NCBI GenBank assembly: GCA_963782525.1
Contig: CAWAKC010000003.1
Span: 384,001-448,000, forward strand
Direction of reading: 5' to 3'
From: Candidatus Bathyarchaeota archaeon
GTDB lineage: Archaea > Thermoproteota > Bathyarchaeia > Bathyarchaeales > Bathycorpusculaceae
Length of the DNA stretch: 64,000 bases
The notes beneath the pieces are model-generated. The model saw nothing but the letters and a program-made list of their open reading frames with translations. It did not search any database and had not been told where the DNA came from. Each line of letters opens with the position of its first letter. The first letter of the stretch is position 1. The position numbers and the translations under genes were made by a program. Shown one piece after another: positions 1 to 10,030 of this stretch.

Positions 1-195
1 ATGTAGTTCACCGTTGACTAAATATCTTTGCTTCGCAGAGCTTCAACGGCGGAAGCGTCTGATTCAAGATAAGTGATTATATGAATATTAGATAATAAAA
101 ATTCTTAAATGAATCTTTTGCGCTAATCTATAGCAGAAGAAAAGGAGATTTTTGAAAGATGAATACCTTATCGCAAATCAAGGGGTTGCATTATT

Positions 196-1665
196 TTGAA
201 TGATATAACCATGAAAAAAGACGAACGTAAACCCACAACAACAGATGCTGGGATCCCGGTAGCCAGCGAGGAGTTTTCTCTTACCGTGGGACCTGATGGC
301 CCAATTCTGCTGCAGGATCACTACCTGATGGAGCAGATGGCTGATTTTAACCGGGAGATGATTCCAGACCGTCAGCCCCATGCAAAGGGTTCGGGGGCCT
401 TCGGATATTTTGATGTGACCAAAGACGTTAGCGCTTATACAAAAGCGGCCGTGTTCCAACCGGGCACGAAGACCGAGGTGCTGGCCAGATTCTCTCAGGT
501 GGCAGGCGAGAGCGGCAGCCCCGATACCTGGCGGGATGTGCGCGGCTTTGCGCTCAAATTTTACACCACAGAGGGCAATTATGACATGGTGGGAAACAAC
601 ACCCCTGTTTTTTTCGTACGCGATCCTATGAAGTTCCAGCACTTCATCCACTCCCAGAAACGACGTGCGAACAACGGCCTGCGCGATAACGACATGCAGT
701 GGGACTTCTGGACGCTTTCGCCTGAGTCGGCCCATCAGGTCACCATTTTGATGAGTGAACGTGGAGTCCCCAAGAGCTATCGACACATGAACGGCTACTC
801 GAGCCACACCTATATGTGGATCAATGCCAAAGGCGAGCGCTACTGGGTGAAGTATCACTTCAAGACAAACCAAGGCATCGACTTCCTAACCCAAGAAGAG
901 GCCGACCGGATTGCCGGTGTTGACGCCGATTGCCACCGCCGCGATCTGTTCGAGGCAATTAAGCGGGGGGATTACCCTAGTTGGAATCTACAAGTCCAGA
1001 TCATGCCCTTCAAAGAGGCCGAGACTTACCGATTCAACCCCTTCGACCTGACTAAGGTCTGGCCCCACGAAGACTACTCAGTGCACGAAGTGGGCAAACT
1101 GACGCTGAACCGCAATCCAAGTGATTTTCAGGCTGAGATTGAGCAGGCTGCATTCGAACCAAACAACCTCGTTCCCGGAATCGGACCAAGCCCCGACAAG
1201 ATGCTGCTAGCCCGCCTAGTTTCCTACTCCGACGCCCATCGAGCTCGCCTGGGGGTCAACTATAAGCAGATTCCAGTCAACCGACCCAAAGTACCAATCC
1301 ACAGCTACAGCAAAGGCGGGGCAATGCGGATGGATAAAGTCTCCGATCCAGTCTATGCGCCCAACTCAAAGGGCGGCCCAAAGGCCGACTCCGAGCGTTA
1401 TCCAGAGGTGGCCATCTGGAGTGCCAGCGGCGAGTTCATCCGTGCCGCCTACACTAAGCGCAAGGACGACGACGATTTCGGCCAGCCCGGCACCCTGGTG
1501 CGCAAGGTTATGGACGATGCGCAGCGCGACCGGCTGGTGTCCAATGTGGTGGGTCATTTGAAAAACGGCGTGTCCGAACCCGTGCTGCAAAGAGCCTTCG
1601 AATACTGGCGCAACATCGATGAGGAAATCGGTGACCGCATCGCCAAAGGCGTGAAAGACGAGTAG
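196..1665 (+). CDS. katA: monofunctional heme catalase, small subunit (clade 3)
   Basis: Motifs [17 protein letters not shown] (distal His), [22 protein letters not shown] (proximal Tyr); more GC-rich than the flanks. Confidence 0.95.
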   Translation: MNDITMKKDERKPTTTDAGIPVASEEFSLTVGPDGPILLQDHYLMEQMADFNREMIPDRQPHAKGSGAFGYFDVTKDVSAYTKAAVFQPGTKTEVLARFSQVAGESGSPDTWRDVRGFALKFYTTEGNYDMVGNNTPVFFVRDPMKFQHFIHSQKRRANNGLRDNDMQWDFWTLSPESAHQVTILMSERGVPKSYRHMNGYSSHTYMWINAKGERYWVKYHFKTNQGIDFLTQEEADRIAGVDADCHRRDLFEAIKRGDYPSWNLQVQIMPFKEAETYRFNPFDLTKVWPHEDYSVHEVGKLTLNRNPSDFQAEIEQAAFEPNNLVPGIGPSPDKMLLARLVSYSDAHRARLGVNYKQIPVNRPKVPIHSYSKGGAMRMDKVSDPVYAPNSKGGPKADSERYPEVAIWSASGEFIRAAYTKRKDDDDFGQPGTLVRKVMDDAQRDRLVSNVVGHLKNGVSEPVLQRAFEYWRNIDEEIGDRIAKGVKDE

Positions 1666-1752
1666 GACTCCCAAGAGAAGTTCCTGCACGACTTCGTAGC
1701 GGCGTGGAATAATATAATAAACCTTGACCGCTTTGAACTCGCCTGGTTATAG
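1666..1752 (+). pseudogene. katG: C-terminal remnant of catalase-peroxidase
   Basis: In frame after the catalase TAG: DSQEKFLHDFVAAWNNIINLDRFELA, matching the KatG C-terminal consensus (EKFVxDFVAAWxKVMNLDRFD). Confidence 0.8.
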
Positions 1753-1860
1753 CTAGAGGTAGCTAGCGGCTCGCACCTTCCTTTTTTTGCAATTTCCTTT
1801 TACGCACTTATGGAGCAGATTTCATCTCAAGCTGGCAAAAAACGCCTGAATTGAGGGTTA

Positions 1861-1879
1861 GTGGGACCGCTGGGATTCG
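1861..1879 (-). other. tRNA 3'-end fragment (att-like scar)
   Basis: Reverse complement CGAATCCCAGCGGTCCCAC = T-loop, T-stem and acceptor strand. Confidence 0.5.
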
Positions 1880-2616
1880 TATCTAAGCTATATGTTAATT
1901 CTTATAAGGTATTGCCATCGATAGGGCTATTTTGTGTAGGCAGCTCTGGGGAAAGCGGTAAGCTTTAACCTCTCCCAGGGGCTGCGGGCTTGCCTTTTCC
2001 CCATGGGGTGACCGAGATTTCGGGTCTGTTGCTGATTGAGTGAAGGTTTGGGCTGTGGGAAATGCAAGCGAGTCAGGATACTTAATATCAAGTTTTAAGT
2101 AGCTGAAAGTTGAGCGCTAAATTATTTTTGTTTTGAAGCATCTCGCCTACTTGCATTAGCACCCTTAGGGCTAAGAATGAAGCGGCCAAAGCATTCTTTG
2201 CAGAAGCCTGTTTTGTTTTGGTAGGAAAGTTTGAGGCCGCATTTGCCTTTGCAGTATTTTGGTACTATGAACCTCCAGATTTCAGTTTAGGTATGTACTC
2301 TAGGGTTACGCTTAGGCGTCGTTTGCTGTTGCTCTTGGTTAGTTCTGAGTTGATTCTAGTGTCTTCGCTTCCAGCTGTGCCGTGCCCGACACTCTTTACG
2401 CGCCAGTTACCCAAGTTGCCTCGGACAAGCTGAGGATTCGAAGTAACCAGATAGAATGGTGGGTGATTTGGGAAGCGTAGATGTTAATGGGTAGAAGAAG
2501 ATTGCTGAATTGTCACTTTCTTCTTCTTTTGGCCCAGTAACCATGCAGTCTTCTAAGTTGGGTTTGAGGGTTTGATGTTGATTTATAAGGCTTTAGTAAT
2601 AGTTTACCATTGACGT

Positions 2617-2805
2617 ATGTTTGGTGGGTTCATGAAATTCGGTGTTGTTGTCGAAAAAGATGAATATGGTTACTATGTTGCTTCAGTTCCAGAGTTACCT
2701 GGATGTCACACTCAAGCTAAAACCCTCGATGAAGTTATGAAAAGAATCAAGGAAGACATTGAGGCATGTTTAGAGGTTGAGGGACTAAAAAGTCAGTCAA
2801 ATTAA
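2617..2805 (+). CDS. hicB: HicB-family antitoxin
   Basis: YYVASVPELPGCHTQAKTLDE motif. Confidence 0.9.
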   Translation: MFGGFMKFGVVVEKDEYGYYVASVPELPGCHTQAKTLDEVMKRIKEDIEACLEVEGLKSQSN

Positions 2806-2915
2806 CTGTCGTTTCGGTGCATCCGGAGAAGAAATTGGAATAGGACTGCGCACCAAAAATAATCAAAGACATAAGATTATCCAAAGAGGAATTTTTAGCA
2901 ATACTTCTTCGCTAA
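2805..2915 (+). pseudogene. hicA: HicA toxin C-terminal remnant
   Basis: With frameshifts reads TVVSVHP-GEEIGIGL..KIIKDIRLSKEEFLAIL; N-terminus (GSH) missing. Confidence 0.7.
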
Positions 2916-2951
2916 ACACTCCTTCCGGCTAAATTGCATGCGTGAATAAGA

Positions 2952-3482
2952 TCATTGCATTTTTTCGATTTCTTGAATAATTTTTGCCAGAAACTTTGGT
3001 TCAATCCTGAACCCTTTACGCACCAAATTTAGCACTGCCTCCTTTGCCTCAGTCTTATCTAATAACTTCTTCCGTATGGCTGTGATTATAACGTAGAGTA
3101 CTCCTTTGACTTTTATGCCCCACGTTTCAGCAAAGGCTCGACCACTAGAGTCATCCATCAACAAAAGAGTATCCTTGCCAATTTCGAGAGCCAAAACTAT
3201 TGCTTGCACTTCACCATGGTGAAGTTCAAAACTGTGGTGCATTATTTTCTGGCAAATTGCCGCCTGTTTTTCGTTAAGCTGCATAGTTTTAAGCCATCCT
3301 TGGTCACATGCATCCTTGATTACGAGTGCGTCACTGTAGCCTTCTTGCAGGCCTATTTCGACTGCTTCTTTGTAACTTTCTTCTGAAATCAGGACTTCAC
3401 CAAACAAGTCTTTGAGTAAGTTGAGTTTGCCAATTTTTGCAAGCCAAATAAGTGGGCTAGTGTTTGAGACTGTTGGTGACAT
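2952..3482 (-). CDS. PIN-domain protein (DUF3368 family) toxin
   Basis: VSNTSPLI...LHHGEVQAIVLA...LLMDD. Confidence 0.85.
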   Translation of the reverse strand: MSPTVSNTSPLIWLAKIGKLNLLKDLFGEVLISEESYKEAVEIGLQEGYSDALVIKDACDQGWLKTMQLNEKQAAICQKIMHHSFELHHGEVQAIVLALEIGKDTLLLMDDSSGRAFAETWGIKVKGVLYVIITAIRKKLLDKTEAKEAVLNLVRKGFRIEPKFLAKIIQEIEKMQ

Positions 3483-3498
3483 GGCGTTGGTGTGTTCC

Positions 3499-3801
3499 TT
3501 AAACTTTCATGTCTTGTTCTAAATCGTGCTCAGAATATTGGATAATGATTCCTTTTTCTTCTAGCATTTTGTAGAGAGCCCACAATGAGACTCCCGCTAA
3601 CTGTGCTGCTTTCCAAGCTGTAACCTGACCCGTTCGGTAAAGTTCAACGGCTTGCTCTATGCTTTTTTCTTTAACGCCGTTTTCGAGAAGTTCACGGATG
3701 AGGGTTGAGCGATCTTTGCCTTCTTTTTTGGCAATTTCTTGGAGTTTCTTTGCTGTTTGGGGCGGTAATCTTAAGGTAATTGTTCCAGACATGTAATTCA
3801 C
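3499..3801 (-). CDS. RHH/UPF0175 family antitoxin
   Basis: ITLRLP..DRSTLIRELL (RHH), AVELYRTGQVTAWKAAQLAGVS (UPF0175); upstream of PIN gene. Confidence 0.85.
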   Translation of the reverse strand: MNYMSGTITLRLPPQTAKKLQEIAKKEGKDRSTLIRELLENGVKEKSIEQAVELYRTGQVTAWKAAQLAGVSLWALYKMLEEKGIIIQYSEHDLEQDMKV

Positions 3802-3859
3802 TGTAATACAATAGATATCAAACGTAACCTATTAAACTTCCCATAAAAACTAAACAATA

Positions 3860-3888
3860 TGGCACCCGGGAAAGGATTCGAACCCCCT
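3860..3888 (-). other. tRNA 3'-end fragment (att-like scar)
   Basis: Reverse complement GGGGGTTCGAATCCTTTCCCGGGTGCCA: T-loop, acceptor strand, CCA. Confidence 0.55.
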
Positions 3889-3938
3889 TGCCCTAATAGC
3901 AATTTTTTCTTCTTTCAACATAACGCCTGCACTAACAA

Positions 3939-4046
3939 AAGAACAACAAACAAAATTTTGGCGTGTTGTTGTTCTTCCGATTAAGTCAGAATTAAGAAGT
4001 TAACTGAAAAGAAGAAGACACAAAAAAATTTCACTCTTCTTCTTCT
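3939..4046. repeat. pair of trinucleotide-arm inverted repeats
   Basis: AAGAACAACAA-N16-TTGTTGTTCTT (3939-3976); AGAAGAAGA-N16-TCTTCTTCT (4010-4043). Confidence 0.8.
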
Positions 4047-4072
4047 ACCGATAAGACCGCACCTATCGGGGG

Positions 4073-5878
4073 TTAGTTGTTGGATAGTTTTTGGGATAGT
4101 TTGAAGCCGCAGGGTCCACAGAGAAACGCCCAGGTATCGTTAAAGTTTGAGATTTGCCACTCTACATGGCTCTGTTTTTGACAGAAAAGGCATCGGTCTT
4201 CTCCGAAATCCATCTGCAACCTTGTCAGAGATTTAGTGTGAAGTGCAAGTTCTTCTATGGTTTGGTTTGTTCCCGAGTTCTCGAGTTTATCGACTTTGGA
4301 GGGTGTTGGGCTGGTTGGTTGGCTTAGGTTTGGGCTTAGTTGGGTTGGTTGTTGATTGTCATTTGTCTCTAATTTACTACTTTGTTCTGTGCTGACTGGA
4401 GTTTGTGGGGGGTTAGGAGGGGTTATTGTCGTTTCGCTTAGAACCTTGGGTAAGGATGGTACTGCGTATTTTTTGCCTATGCGCGTTAGTTTTTCAGCGT
4501 TAAACTCGTAGAAGACCGCTGGGCCCTCATGATCTCGTACCTTGACTTTTTTGCCGCCCAGCACTTCTCTGAGTCGGTAGCCTATTTTTTGTTTGGTAAT
4601 TTCTGCGAATTCAGCGGTATCCATCTTGTTAGGTTTTTTCTCGTCAAGCTTCCCCTCCAAATCCAAAACTAATGTATCCCAGATTTCGGAGAAAGCAAGG
4701 GGTTTATCTTGACGGTAGAGTTTGCAGACTACTTTGACTATGTGGCCTTCTATGGTGTTGGTTTTTTCGTTGAGGCGTTCTTTTTGCAGCATGTCCAGGT
4801 GTTTGCGGAGGTCTTCTTCGATGGTTAATCCATTGATGATTTGAAGTATGGGTTTCCAGAGTTCTTTTAGGCGTCCTTTGACTGAGAGGTTGATTTCGGG
4901 GAGTTCTTGGTCTTTGGTTGCCAGGCGCCATTTTAGCAACATGTTTCTTAGGTTAGTTAGGCGTGTTTGGTCTTCTTTGTTAAAGTCTGCCCAGTCTTTG
5001 GTTGGGTAGCCTTCGACCATGGGTATGATGACTAAGCGTTCGAGGAGTCCTTTTACTCGTGGGAGTTCTTCGGCGGCGAAGATTTTGAGGCAGAAAACTC
5101 GGAAGTATTTGATGGAGCGTTTGTTCTGCGTAATGATTGTTCTTGGGACTACGGCGCCGTGTTTGTAGCCTGCCTTTAGGATCTTTGATTTTTCTATGTC
5201 CTTGTATATGCCTTGCACTTCATCCTCAATTATAACTCCCGGCGAATCGCTGTCATCTAAGAATCCATATACGTCTGCTACTGGGATTGAGACTCCACTT
5301 AGCGGTCGGTAACACAGCCAGCCCAGTATGCTTTGCGCTACGGTTTTGCCGCTTTCGTTATCTCCCAAAAAGAAAGGATAAGGAACCGTACGTATCTTTT
5401 CCTGCTGATAACTAAGCAGCACACACGCAGCTAGGTAATCTTTCCAGATTGAGTCTAAGTCTAAGAAAAGGTTGAATTCGTCGCGAACCTTCCAAAACAG
5501 CGCCTCACGGCTCGGCACTTCGCCCTCGTAGCAGTCGTATGGTTGATAGGGGTACTCGTTGTTTTCTTTGGGCAAAAACGATGTGCCTTCTAAGGAGACT
5601 TCGGGCAAGATTTTGTATGTTTCTTTGTTTGCGGTTAGAAAAGTTGGTTGGCCTTTGTGGTATATGGCTTCGAAGTGTCCTTGCTCACTGTACCCGCTTG
5701 TTTTGTGTGCTTTGGCCTTTTCTTTTTCTTTAGGAAAGAAGTCCTCGCATGCAGCATCAGCCTTACTCAAGATGCCCTTAACGATATCATCATAGTAGGT
5801 ACATGGGCTATCTTTGACTTTCCAGTTGGCGCAGTCAGCGCATCTCTTTCCCCTTCCCCGCTCAACCAAAACAAACAC
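4073..5878 (-). CDS. mobile-element replication protein, P-loop NTPase/helicase (DUF3631-associated type) with terminal Cys-rich Zn motifs
   Basis: Walker A GDNESGKT, Walker B IIIEDE, LKAGYKHG, LERLVII; N-terminal CADC..C..C and C-terminal CLFC..CGPC. Confidence 0.65.
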   Translation of the reverse strand: MFVLVERGRGKRCADCANWKVKDSPCTYYDDIVKGILSKADAACEDFFPKEKEKAKAHKTSGYSEQGHFEAIYHKGQPTFLTANKETYKILPEVSLEGTSFLPKENNEYPYQPYDCYEGEVPSREALFWKVRDEFNLFLDLDSIWKDYLAACVLLSYQQEKIRTVPYPFFLGDNESGKTVAQSILGWLCYRPLSGVSIPVADVYGFLDDSDSPGVIIEDEVQGIYKDIEKSKILKAGYKHGAVVPRTIITQNKRSIKYFRVFCLKIFAAEELPRVKGLLERLVIIPMVEGYPTKDWADFNKEDQTRLTNLRNMLLKWRLATKDQELPEINLSVKGRLKELWKPILQIINGLTIEEDLRKHLDMLQKERLNEKTNTIEGHIVKVVCKLYRQDKPLAFSEIWDTLVLDLEGKLDEKKPNKMDTAEFAEITKQKIGYRLREVLGGKKVKVRDHEGPAVFYEFNAEKLTRIGKKYAVPSLPKVLSETTITPPNPPQTPVSTEQSSKLETNDNQQPTQLSPNLSQPTSPTPSKVDKLENSGTNQTIEELALHTKSLTRLQMDFGEDRCLFCQKQSHVEWQISNFNDTWAFLCGPCGFKLSQKLSNN

Positions 5879-5883
5879 TTCCG

Positions 5884-6255
5884 TTATTTCTGAGGTTTAG
5901 CTTTGAGCGGTTGTCGGTAGATCTTGTTTCCTTCAAAGAGCCAGTAGCTGTGTTGGTAGCCTTCTTTGTGGTAGCGTTCGTTGATGGTGGCTTTGGAAGT
6001 CTTTAGAATGTTGTATGCTTGGGTCCATTTGTCTTCTGGGTTGTCTGCTTTGTAGGCAGCTTCAAAGGCTCCGAGCTTTGGCCCTTCTTCGCGATCGAAG
6101 TTCAGTTCCGTGAAGATTGTCTCGTCATCGTTTACTTTTTTTGTTTCTTCTTTGACTTCGGGTGGGGTTAGAAGTTCTATGCGTTGCTTAGCTATGTCAA
6201 CTAGTGCCTGACCTGTGTCTCGGAGTTTCACGAAGAATTCGACTTCTGCATTCAC
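5884..6255 (-). CDS. hypothetical mobile-element protein
   Basis: 123-aa ORF translationally coupled in the rep operon. Confidence 0.7.
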   Translation of the reverse strand: MNAEVEFFVKLRDTGQALVDIAKQRIELLTPPEVKEETKKVNDDETIFTELNFDREEGPKLGAFEAAYKADNPEDKWTQAYNILKTSKATINERYHKEGYQHSYWLFEGNKIYRQPLKAKPQK

Positions 6256-6474
6256 GCGGATACCTCCGTTTGGGGTGAATGCTTAGTGATCCAAAAGGTC
6301 CAGCCGTTGCTAGTTCTTTGACCTTCAATTTGTTTTGAGGATAAAAGCTCTAAGCAATGTTTTAGTGCGGCGTTCCAGTTGTTCAACTCCGCAGCCGACC
6401 CCTATGTCTTCGACTCGTGAGGGCACCTTGGCAGCACTGAGGTATTCAATTATTCTTTTGTCAATTTCTTTCAT
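6252..6474 (-). pseudogene. small winged-helix regulator (Cro-like), one frameshift
   Basis: MKEIDKRIIEYLSAAKVPSRVEDIGVGCGV / NWNAALKHCLELLSSKQIEGQRTSNGWTFW; stop overlaps GTG start of next gene. Confidence 0.6.
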
Positions 6475-6546
6475 TTTTTATTCCTTGAGCTTTTTATAGA
6501 CAAAGTTTAACTTAACCAGTAGCTGACAGATTGTGCTCTGTTTAGC

Positions 6547-6623
6547 TGTCAGTTACTGACAAAATGCTCTGTTTCACTGTCAGTCACTGACAAAAAAGAG
6601 GATTAACATGTCAGTTAGTGACA
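6547..6623. promoter_or_regulatory. three palindromic operators at 31-bp period
   Basis: TGTCAGTTACTGACA 6547, TGTCAGTCACTGACA 6578, TGTCAGTTAGTGACA 6609; partial copy 6514-6528. Confidence 0.8.
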
Positions 6624-7648
6624 ATTCGGACTTTGAGATGAATAGTTGCGATATTGAGGAGTCTATAGTGAAAGCTTTGTCTTCAGGTCCAAAGACCCCC
6701 GGCGAGCTTTTGAACTGGGTCTTGAAAGAGACGAAAGTGAATGAGCGGACCTATTATCGGCATCTGGATAAGCTACTGAAAAGTAACGCCATTGAGGAGT
6801 CAATAGAGCATAATAGAGATTCAAGGTCTGAATCAAAGTACTATCTAAAGAGTTCCCCATTGCTGGCGAAGCCTGAGCCTTTGGTTGAGGAGGTTTTGCC
6901 TTCAAGGCGATATTTAGAGATAGCTGCTTGGTTGAAAAAGGAACCAGATAATTGGCCCCAACTTGACGCCATAAGAAAGGCAAGGATCGTTTTGAATAAT
7001 TTTGGCTATATTGTTCCAACCATTGAAGATTCATATAAAGACCCCGATAGATACACTTTTGTATGGTCAGACGAAGCTTGCCGCGGACAACGATATGGCG
7101 AATTTGTTCAACCACGATTTTTCAAATTAAAAGACATTTATCGAGCAATCGTTGCTGACTATTCTGCTTCCTCGTCTGGTGAGGCTGTGTTTGTTGGGGC
7201 TTTTGAATCTGATGTTATGGCAGAGCAAGTTGTCTTGTACGAAGATATATACAGACAAATAGAATTTGAACACAAGCCTGTGCAGTTAAAAATCGTTGAG
7301 GAGCCATTTTCGGTTTGTGTTGCAGTTTGCAAAGAAGTAGATGGTGGATTGCGTGTTGTTTATGTAGAAGGGAAAAGCGGAAAGATAGATAAAGAGTGGG
7401 TCAAGGGAGTTTCTAAACAACTAACTGCAAAATATAGAGTTATTTCAACTTGTAAGGACCTGAAAGAGGATACTAAACGTAAAGTTCTGCTAAAGTTCCG
7501 AATTGCCCTTGAGAAGCAGACATTAAAAATTCCCAGTAGATACGTCAAACTTGTTGAGGAACTTTTAGATTACGATTACCACAGTCCATCGAGCGGCTAC
7601 GTCCACGCTATAGCCTTAGCGGTTGATATAGCTGATCGAAAAAGTTAG
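6608..7648 (+). CDS. N-terminal winged-HTH transcriptional regulator with uncharacterised C-terminal domain
   Basis: IVKALSSGPKTPGELL..NERTYYRHLDKLLKSNAIE; divergent from rep operon. Confidence 0.7.
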   Translation: MSVSDNSDFEMNSCDIEESIVKALSSGPKTPGELLNWVLKETKVNERTYYRHLDKLLKSNAIEESIEHNRDSRSESKYYLKSSPLLAKPEPLVEEVLPSRRYLEIAAWLKKEPDNWPQLDAIRKARIVLNNFGYIVPTIEDSYKDPDRYTFVWSDEACRGQRYGEFVQPRFFKLKDIYRAIVADYSASSSGEAVFVGAFESDVMAEQVVLYEDIYRQIEFEHKPVQLKIVEEPFSVCVAVCKEVDGGLRVVYVEGKSGKIDKEWVKGVSKQLTAKYRVISTCKDLKEDTKRKVLLKFRIALEKQTLKIPSRYVKLVEELLDYDYHSPSSGYVHAIALAVDIADRKS

Positions 7649-7843
7649 GGTCATTTTGCTTTGCAAAAACAAAAAAATGAAACAGTAGGGATTTCTACGC
7701 GGGTGTTTAAGTTAAACCTATAACTTTCTAGGCTAAACCGTGTATAACCGTCCTCTCGCCGACTATGAACTTAGGTTTCAAAATATTTTCTATTTCTATT
7801 TTTTTCCTGTGTTAATCAAACTTACCGGAGGCTGACATCATAG

Positions 7844-7876
7844 AAAGTCGGTTCACTCGAGAACTCGGGAACAAAC
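7844..7876 (+). repeat. inverted copy of 4265-4298 (22-bp perfect core)
   Basis: ACTCGAGAACTCGGGAACAAAC at 7855-7876 is the reverse complement of 4265-4286. Confidence 0.8.
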
Positions 7877-7918
7877 ATCGACCGCAAGCTGATTGTACCA
7901 AGCTATCAGTTAACTGGG

Positions 7919-8458
7919 AGAAGAAGAAGACGTGCAATTTTTTTTAATCTTCTTCTTCTTCTTTTGACCAGGGCTTCTTTTGGCCGAAGTCAAGGCAAAG
8001 ATGTTCACCCCAAAATTTCTACGTGGACAATTCAATTTGGAAGAGGTTATTTACGAGTCTTTTTTTCTTTTGACTCAGCGGCCTTATTACAAACCCCAAA
8101 GAAGAACAACAATCAAAAAACACGTGTTGTTGTTCTATCAACAATACCGTGAGCTTTGGAAGTAGTAGTCGATAGCGCAAATTTCACTTCGACTACTACT
8201 TCTCACACTAAAGAGCTGAGTTTTCAAACGATACCCCTGCAACATGTTTCAAAGGGAAACGCTAATACCGCCTCTTAGTCCTCTTTTCCTCGATGAAAGA
8301 ACAACAACACTGCACTGCCATCTGTTGTTGTTCTCCCAATCAAGGGAAGCAACCAGCTAACTAAAAGAAGAAGAAGCGCCCTGCAGCAACCTTCTTCTTC
8401 TTTTAAAATGTGTTATAGGCGAAAGAACAACAACAAACCAATTTGCAACTGTTATTCT
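7919..8458. repeat. cluster of six trinucleotide-arm inverted repeats
   Basis: (GAA)n, (CAA)n and (TAG)n arms with 13-17 nt spacers at 7919, 8103, 8159, 8298, 8363, 8424. Confidence 0.85.
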
Positions 8459-8527
8459 ACCATCTAATAATGCTGGGAAAATTGTGTGGCAAATCTTAAG
8501 AAGAGAGCCAACCTTTAATGTTATCCC

Positions 8528-9523
8528 ATGTTGATTGTAGAGGGCGTCAGGTACAATCCTTGGACTCCTAAAGATGAAGAGAAAGAGTTCCATCCACTTG
8601 TAAAGGCACAGTCTAAGGAAATCTTTGGTAAAGATTCGATTTACTTTGATGTTAAAACAACTCTTAAGTCAGCTTCAGGTATAGGGTCAATTCCAGATGC
8701 TTATGTCGTAGATTTAGCTGAACCCTATCAATGGTATGTCATAGAAAATGAGTTAGCGACTCACCCAGTTTACGACCACATTGTAAAGCAATTAACCAAA
8801 TTCATTAACGGAATTGACAACCAAAATAGCAGAGCTCAAATTTTGGAACTATTGTACAACGAAATTAACTTGGACAACAATTTGAGAACTACTGTTTTGG
8901 CTAAAACCAAATCTGTTGATGTTTACCACTTCTTATCGAGGCTATTCTCTAAGAGCCCTAAAATAGTTGTTATCATTGACGAGAAAACTGCAGATGTGGA
9001 AGAAGCTTGCCAAGCACTAAAATATGCACCAGAAATAATAGAGTTTAAAACTTTTAGACAAGAGGACGATTTTAGCAAGTATGCTCACCTTTTTGAGCCT
9101 CTTTATAAAACTAGCACAGAAGCCAAAAAAGAAGACCCCACAATAATTGTAAAGGACAGCCCCATACAAAATAATCATCCAAATGAAGTCACTGAAATTA
9201 TTATGGATACCTTTCAGAGAATCAAAACAGCAATGTACCAACTTGACCCTAAGATAACTGTAAATCAAACAAGGGCTTACACATCTTTAAAACTGAATCG
9301 CATCTTTGCTTACATCCATTTTAGGAAAACGAAGATGCATATCATAATAATGCTTCCTTCTGAGGTTGCAAATAGTTTTATTCATAAACATCAGATTCGG
9401 CAAATTCCTCAAAGAAGCCAACAGTATTGGGGTGGTCCGTCTTTCCAGGTGACAATTGATAATGATAATAATTTAGAAGAAATAATCAATGCATTAGAAG
9501 AAGCATACAAACGACGAATCTGA
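8528..9523 (+). CDS. PD-(D/E)xK-like nuclease with C-terminal DUF5655
   Basis: IPDAYVVD..WYVIENEL..HIVKQLTKF; C-terminal TRAYTSLK..FAYIHFRK..IINALEEAY. Confidence 0.6.
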   Translation: MLIVEGVRYNPWTPKDEEKEFHPLVKAQSKEIFGKDSIYFDVKTTLKSASGIGSIPDAYVVDLAEPYQWYVIENELATHPVYDHIVKQLTKFINGIDNQNSRAQILELLYNEINLDNNLRTTVLAKTKSVDVYHFLSRLFSKSPKIVVIIDEKTADVEEACQALKYAPEIIEFKTFRQEDDFSKYAHLFEPLYKTSTEAKKEDPTIIVKDSPIQNNHPNEVTEIIMDTFQRIKTAMYQLDPKITVNQTRAYTSLKLNRIFAYIHFRKTKMHIIIMLPSEVANSFIHKHQIRQIPQRSQQYWGGPSFQVTIDNDNNLEEIINALEEAYKRRI

Positions 9524-9766
9524 TGATCTCGAAAATCGAACTAATCTTAGAATGAAATGGAACCCATAAAAAACAACTGAATCACTTTCGCCGTTGTTAC
9601 TGAGTAATTCCTGAAATGTCAACTCTTTAAATAGATTAACCGGAAGACAATCACAAACAGAAAAAATTCTAAGTGAATTGACCATTTTTTTATTTCAGCA
9701 TTAGACCTAGAAACTTGATAAATTTTATTAACACACAGAGATTACAAAAGACATAAGGGAATAAAA

Positions 9767-10030
9767 TTGTCCAAGCCTATGAAAAGGAAAAGACCGTGGA
9801 AAAACAGGCATCTGTTGAAAGAAGTTCTAATGAGTGATGGCTTCAAACTAACTTTTTGGATGTACGAATGGGAAGATGATGTTGCGTTGAAACTTGATCA
9901 TAAGTTTTGTGTAAGAATGCTGAAGAAGAATCCTGCAGGCAGAGTCCTTCTTACTGAACAAATTGGTGTTAGGGTCGATAACTGGAGCAGGTTTATCAGT
10001 GAAATCAACAGTCTTAGCATCAATGTATAG
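9767..10030 (+). CDS. hypothetical protein
   Basis: 87-aa ORF with upstream purine-rich RBS-like sequence. Confidence 0.5.
   Translation: MSKPMKRKRPWKNRHLLKEVLMSDGFKLTFWMYEWEDDVALKLDHKFCVRMLKKNPAGRVLLTEQIGVRVDNWSRFISEINSLSINV

Noticed and set aside
178-1689. Antisense ORFs 178-873 and 1366-1689
   Set aside because: Shadow frames of the GC-rich catalase
1941-2030. GC-rich imperfect hairpin (ncRNA/SRP?)
   Set aside because: No recognisable RNA family motifs
7964-8165. Short ORFs over the hairpin cluster
   Set aside because: Low-complexity translations of repeat arms
7919-8458. CRISPR array
   Set aside because: Units differ in sequence, spacing is irregular and no cas genes are present; reported as an inverted-repeat family instead
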